This document shows positions 25,881 to 29,978 of a DNA stretch of 29,978 nt, piece by piece. The DNA comes from a virus. Its lineage: Duplodnaviria > Caudoviricetes. The position numbers and the translations under genes were made by a program. The stretch is from positions 1-29,978 of IMG/VR virus record IMGVR_UViG_3300020042_006030; one strand, given 5' to 3'. The notes under the pieces were generated by a model. The model saw only the letters and a program-made list of their open reading frames with translations, did no database searches and was not told the origin of the DNA. Each line of letters begins with the position of its first letter. Positions within the stretch are counted from its first letter, which is position 1.

Positions 25881-26483
25881 ATGCAATTAAATCTACCTAA
25901 AGATATTGGAGAACTTACTGTAAAGCAATTCCAAGACTTGACAGTTATTTACAATTCAGATAAAGACTTACTCGATAAAGGGGTTGAGGCTATCTCGTTA
26001 TTATCGGGAGTTCCTGAAAAAGATGTATGGGATATTGATTACAAGGAGATAGGGAAACTATTTACCCATGTAAGCACTTTAATGCAGTCTAAACCTAAAG
26101 AGGGTTTAAGAAAGTGGATAGTTTGTAACGGTAAAGTTTACAAAGCAGTTACCGATATTTCAAAGATAAGCACAGGTCAATATTTAGATTTAAAGAATTT
26201 AAGCAAGGATGATAATTGGATAGTTAATATGCACTTATTGTTAGGTTGCTTATATCTACCCGTTAATTGGTATGGTAAAGCAAAGAAGTACAACGGGGAG
26301 AAACTACCTGAGATTAGTAAGGATTTATTGACCGCAAAGTTAAAAGACGTGTATGGTCTGCTTTTTTTTTATTCAGCCGTATTAGAGAAGTTGAGTCCAA
26401 TTATCCAAATGTCTTTGGAAGAGGCGTTACAGACGATACAGGAAACATTGACCGAGATAAACAACGATTCACAGGTTTCGTAG
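25881..26483 (+). CDS. Putative tail assembly chaperone (short form)
   Basis: LTVKQFQ, ISTGQYLDL, LLFF at a T9 slippery run. Confidence 0.6.
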   Translation: MQLNLPKDIGELTVKQFQDLTVIYNSDKDLLDKGVEAISLLSGVPEKDVWDIDYKEIGKLFTHVSTLMQSKPKEGLRKWIVCNGKVYKAVTDISKISTGQYLDLKNLSKDDNWIVNMHLLLGCLYLPVNWYGKAKKYNGEKLPEISKDLLTAKLKDVYGLLFFYSAVLEKLSPIIQMSLEEALQTIQETLTEINNDSQVS

Positions 26484-26665
26484 AGGTATGGGGATGGCGT
26501 TATGTTATTTATCAGGTAGCTACATTTTACCCAAACATAACAGAGGATGAAATTTACGATTGGGAGTTGGTTAGATTTTTAAATGACTTAGCGTTCATGA
26601 AAGATAAAGGGGAGTATGATTTAGAAGTAGCTAGGCAACAAATGATTCAGAATGGCATTAGATAA
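26363..26665 (+). CDS. -1 frameshift extension of tail assembly chaperone
   Basis: After T TTT TTT (26363-26369) the -1 frame stays open to TAA 26663-26665: LFSRIREVESNYPNVFG...FVEVWGWRYVIYQVA...RFLNDLAFMKDK...NGIR. Confidence 0.8.
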   Translation, partial: FFLFSRIREVESNYPNVFGRGVTDDTGNIDRDKQRFTGFVEVWGWRYVIYQVATFYPNITEDEIYDWELVRFLNDLAFMKDKGEYDLEVARQQMIQNGIR

Positions 26666-27182
26666 AATAGAGGCTATATGTACTAAGTGGATTATTGACG
26701 TAGCCAATGATATGAAGGCTGAGATTAACCGATTGGTTAAACATGGAGGCGGTCAGGAGTCAGAGCTTGAAGGTAGTGTTAGTCCTTCGGTTACGGTACT
26801 AAGTAATGGCAATGTAGTGGTAGCCTTATCAATGGCTGACTATTGGGTTTTTGTTGAGAAGGGTAGAAAAGCGGGTAGTAAAATGCCCCCGTCTAAACCT
26901 ATTGAGGATTGGATTAAGGCTAAAGGTATTAAGGTTGAGCTTACAGTTAAAAAGAATACTAAGAAAAGAAAAGGCATAACTAAGGTACAAAGGAATTTAA
27001 GTTTTGAGAATAAGGTTAAAGGTTTAGCTTTTGTAATGCGTAGGTCAATAGGTAAAAAAGGAATTAAACCCCGTCCATTCTTTGACAAGGTTTTTAATCA
27101 GTCAAGAATAGATGAGCTTAAAAATATGTTAGCACCCGTAATGAAAGAAGAATTTATAATTGAATTAAAGAATGGCAATTAG
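26652..27182 (+). CDS. Neck/tail completion protein (HK97 gp10-like)
   Basis: YWVFVEKGR...PP...IEDWIKAKGI...GIKPRPFF. Confidence 0.7.
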   Translation: MALDKIEAICTKWIIDVANDMKAEINRLVKHGGGQESELEGSVSPSVTVLSNGNVVVALSMADYWVFVEKGRKAGSKMPPSKPIEDWIKAKGIKVELTVKKNTKKRKGITKVQRNLSFENKVKGLAFVMRRSIGKKGIKPRPFFDKVFNQSRIDELKNMLAPVMKEEFIIELKNGN

Positions 27183-28395
27183 CATACTTAGCAGTCCCGG
27201 TACTCACACGCCCGGATATAATGAACAGTACTTTGTTGCTAGTTCAAGTAACTCAAATCAAACAGGATTTAGATATGTAGTTGCGGTTACTGTTGGTTCA
27301 GATACTATAACAGAGAAGATTAATAAGCGTCCTGATAATGGTCAACTTTATTTTGACCCTTCGAGAATAGTACAGAGTTATTTAGATAATACTTTTGAAA
27401 GCACATTAAATATTCCTTCTTATGCTGAGGACTCTATTATCTATGTTACAGTAGGAATTACAGAAGAGTACGGTTCACCCGTTTCAGGGTTTGCGGGTGC
27501 ATCAGGTTCTTATTATGCTTGGAATGCAGCTTATCAAGCTCACGACTTCTCTACTTATACCTATTCAACAACAACATTAGCTAAGGACTTAACCCTTGCC
27601 CCTAGCTATACAGATACTATTAATTTCAACCAATCATATTTATATAAGATTTGGCACAAAGGATTTGGGACTACTACTCTTTATCAAATGAGAGTTATAT
27701 GTTATGATTCAAATGCTGCAATGATTCAAGACACAGTCATAAGGACACAATATACAAACTATGCAGATTATAAACAGAACCTAGTATTGGTTAATATAAG
27801 TCCTGCATCGTTTAACTCAATGGATTTATTTTTACCTGCGGGTTATGTAACTAAGACTTTTGGAATAGATGTTATTCCTAATACTACTTCTTACTATACA
27901 GTAGAGTGGTATAACTCAGGAGGGGCTACGGCAGGTAGTAATTTATATAGAGTTAACATAGACTCTATGTGTTATAAATACGATAGGACTGTATTACACT
28001 TTCTTAATCGTTTAGGTAACTATGACTCTTTTACTTTTAATTTATTGAACCGTAAAAATTCAGAGAAGAAAACATCAGAGTATAAAAAGAATCCATTTTT
28101 TAATGTAAGTAATGATTTGTTTTATCTAAACTATAAGTCTGACACAGTTACTTATGCAACAACGATAACTAATAAGATAACTCTTAATAGTGATTGGATT
28201 ACAGACGCTCAGGCTACTTGGTTAAAAGAATTGTTTATGAGTCCTTCTGTAATATTAGAAGACTCAACGGGTGCTTTATTTGCGGTTAAGGTTACAGATA
28301 CAAGCTATGAGAGTAAGCAAAAGGTTAACGATAGAGTATTTAATATCACAGTCAATTTAGAATATAGTTACCAAGATATAAGACAAAGAGGTTAA
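27172..28395 (+). CDS. Structural tail/baseplate protein
   Basis: Beta-rich 407 aa; FLNRLGNYDSFTF, LNSDWI, WLKELFMSPSV. Confidence 0.65.
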   Translation: MAISILSSPGTHTPGYNEQYFVASSSNSNQTGFRYVVAVTVGSDTITEKINKRPDNGQLYFDPSRIVQSYLDNTFESTLNIPSYAEDSIIYVTVGITEEYGSPVSGFAGASGSYYAWNAAYQAHDFSTYTYSTTTLAKDLTLAPSYTDTINFNQSYLYKIWHKGFGTTTLYQMRVICYDSNAAMIQDTVIRTQYTNYADYKQNLVLVNISPASFNSMDLFLPAGYVTKTFGIDVIPNTTSYYTVEWYNSGGATAGSNLYRVNIDSMCYKYDRTVLHFLNRLGNYDSFTFNLLNRKNSEKKTSEYKKNPFFNVSNDLFYLNYKSDTVTYATTITNKITLNSDWITDAQATWLKELFMSPSVILEDSTGALFAVKVTDTSYESKQKVNDRVFNITVNLEYSYQDIRQRG

Positions 28396-29936
28396 TGTTT
28401 ACTACTGAATTAATAGTTGGTACAAGTCCAAACGGTTATAGTTTAGATTTACAGAATGAGATACCAATCTCAATAAATTTATCTATTGCTGATATTAGAG
28501 AGCCTGAGAAAAGAAACGGCTCTTATTCTAAGACTATTAAGTTAAAAGGAACAAAGACTAATAATAAATTTTTTGAACATACCTATCAAGTTAACGTCTC
28601 GACTAATAGTTGGAACGCTAATATAAAGACTCCTGCTTATGTATTACAACAAGGCTCAGTAGTATTCGAGGGGTATTTAAGACTCTTACAAATTAACGCA
28701 ACTCAGGTTAATGGTGTTAATGATATTGAATACGAGGTATCAATATTTGGAGATAACAATACTTTATTTGCAGGGATAGGAGATTCTAAGTTACAGGACT
28801 TAGATATGTCAGAGTTCGACCACGTTTACTCAAGACAAAATATTATAAACAGTTGGGCTTCATTAATCAAAGTTAGTGGTGTCGATGTACCTTTTGCTAT
28901 TGGTAACGGGTATACTTATCCTTTAATTGATTATGGATATAATAATTTTAACGCTAATTCATATCCTGTTGAGACTTGGCGACCTGCTATATTTGTTAGA
29001 GAGTATATTGATAAGATATTCGCAGCAGCCGGAAAAACTTTTACCTCAACATTCTTTGATTCAGCTTTCTTTAAGAAACTAATCATACCTCACAACGGGG
29101 ATAAGTTCACAATGTCAGCAGCTAACTTAGCTTTAAGAGAGTTTTTAGCAGGTGATACGGGTGCAAGTGTAGCACAAAACCACACAATAATATTAGGTAC
29201 TGCGGGTGGTTATTGGCATGGGTTTGGTAGTACTGTTGTAGGTAATCACACATTAGATTTAAAGTTTAATGATGATACTACTAATCCTTATACAGACCCT
29301 TCAAATATTTACGACCCAACTACGGGGATTATTACTATTCAGTCAACAGGAAAGTATAGCATAACTGCAAAGGTAGATTGGCAATTAAAACTTAATTATC
29401 CTGCGGGTACTGCAAGTTTAAGTCAGTCATCACACCCATATCACTATAAACTATTAAAGTCTACGGATGGTGGTTCTACTTGGACTATTGCAGATACACA
29501 ATTCATAAACGATTCAACTCCTTTAAGTTCAAGTTACGCTAATATAACTTATAATTATAACTATTCATCTACTGCGTTAATGTATGCGGGTGAGAAGTAT
29601 AAGTTAGCAGTTAACGCTTTAGTTAACCAAACAACAGGGGATATGGTTTTTGTTGGTGGTTCGGGTAACGGCTCTATTGATGCAAGGCTTCGTTCAAGTG
29701 CTACTTTAAAGTTCACTCTTACTAATAATCAATTTAGTCCGGGTCAAACAATAACAATGAATGACGCTATCCCTAAAGATATTAAACAAAGGGATTTTCT
29801 TACATCGTTATTTAAAGCATTCAATTTATACGTTGACTTAGACGCTAACAATCCTGATAACTATTTAATTGAGACTAGGGATGACTTTTACGCTGCGGGT
29901 GAGACTAATAATTGGTCTAGTAAAATAGCTTGGTAA
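28395..29936 (+). CDS. Tail tip/hub-like protein (possibly truncated)
   Basis: SIADIREPEKRNGSYSKTI.L.GT..NN..F, YPLIDYG, RPAI, IKQRDFL.SL.K.FNL. Confidence 0.7.
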   Translation: MFTTELIVGTSPNGYSLDLQNEIPISINLSIADIREPEKRNGSYSKTIKLKGTKTNNKFFEHTYQVNVSTNSWNANIKTPAYVLQQGSVVFEGYLRLLQINATQVNGVNDIEYEVSIFGDNNTLFAGIGDSKLQDLDMSEFDHVYSRQNIINSWASLIKVSGVDVPFAIGNGYTYPLIDYGYNNFNANSYPVETWRPAIFVREYIDKIFAAAGKTFTSTFFDSAFFKKLIIPHNGDKFTMSAANLALREFLAGDTGASVAQNHTIILGTAGGYWHGFGSTVVGNHTLDLKFNDDTTNPYTDPSNIYDPTTGIITIQSTGKYSITAKVDWQLKLNYPAGTASLSQSSHPYHYKLLKSTDGGSTWTIADTQFINDSTPLSSSYANITYNYNYSSTALMYAGEKYKLAVNALVNQTTGDMVFVGGSGNGSIDARLRSSATLKFTLTNNQFSPGQTITMNDAIPKDIKQRDFLTSLFKAFNLYVDLDANNPDNYLIETRDDFYAAGETNNWSSKIAW

Positions 29937-29978
29937 CTATATTCTAAATTGACTGTGATATTAAATACTCTATCGTTA

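Noticed and set aside
26840-27088. 82-aa minus-strand ORF
   Set aside because: Hydrophobicity is the mirror of Lys-rich codons in the neck gene
61-29906. 13-bp match at both ends as terminal repeat or att site
   Set aside because: Both copies encode Ala-Gly-Glu-Thr in frame, GCGGGT is frequent in this genome, and no integrase is present
1-29978. tRNA, rRNA, integrase, transposase, reverse transcriptase/DGR
   Set aside because: No recognisable motifs or TR/VR-type repeat seen by manual reading

Overview
A roughly 30-kb, AT-rich segment of a tailed dsDNA bacteriophage, most likely infecting a Bacteroidota host (TAnnTTTG -7 promoter boxes, no obvious Shine-Dalgarno motifs, Bacteroidota-phage-type small proteins). 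From left to right on the plus strand: the 3' end of a probable portal gene, a head-tail adaptor, a tail-terminator/fibre fusion and a lysis region (holin-like genes, M15 peptidase endolysin, RNase H-like exonuclease, spanin-like protein). A leftward early/replication arm follows (C5 DNA methylase, DnaB, DUF6291-type initiator with iterons, lipoprotein, NinG, small ORFs, Cro-like HTH), then a divergent promoter region at ~14950-15100. The rightward late arm starts with a sigma-like regulator and carries a translationally coupled block of 8 glycosyltransferase-like and 2 methyltransferase genes (16469-23793) running directly into terS/terL, followed by a tail-chaperone gene with a -1 frameshift and neck/tail genes. 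The main candidates for novelty are (1) the large soluble glycosylation/methylation cassette, probably for virion glycan decoration, and (2) three covarying GAA/AGUA (loop E-type) RNA hairpins in the leaders of early genes. All protein calls come from motif recognition by eye; no database searches were run.
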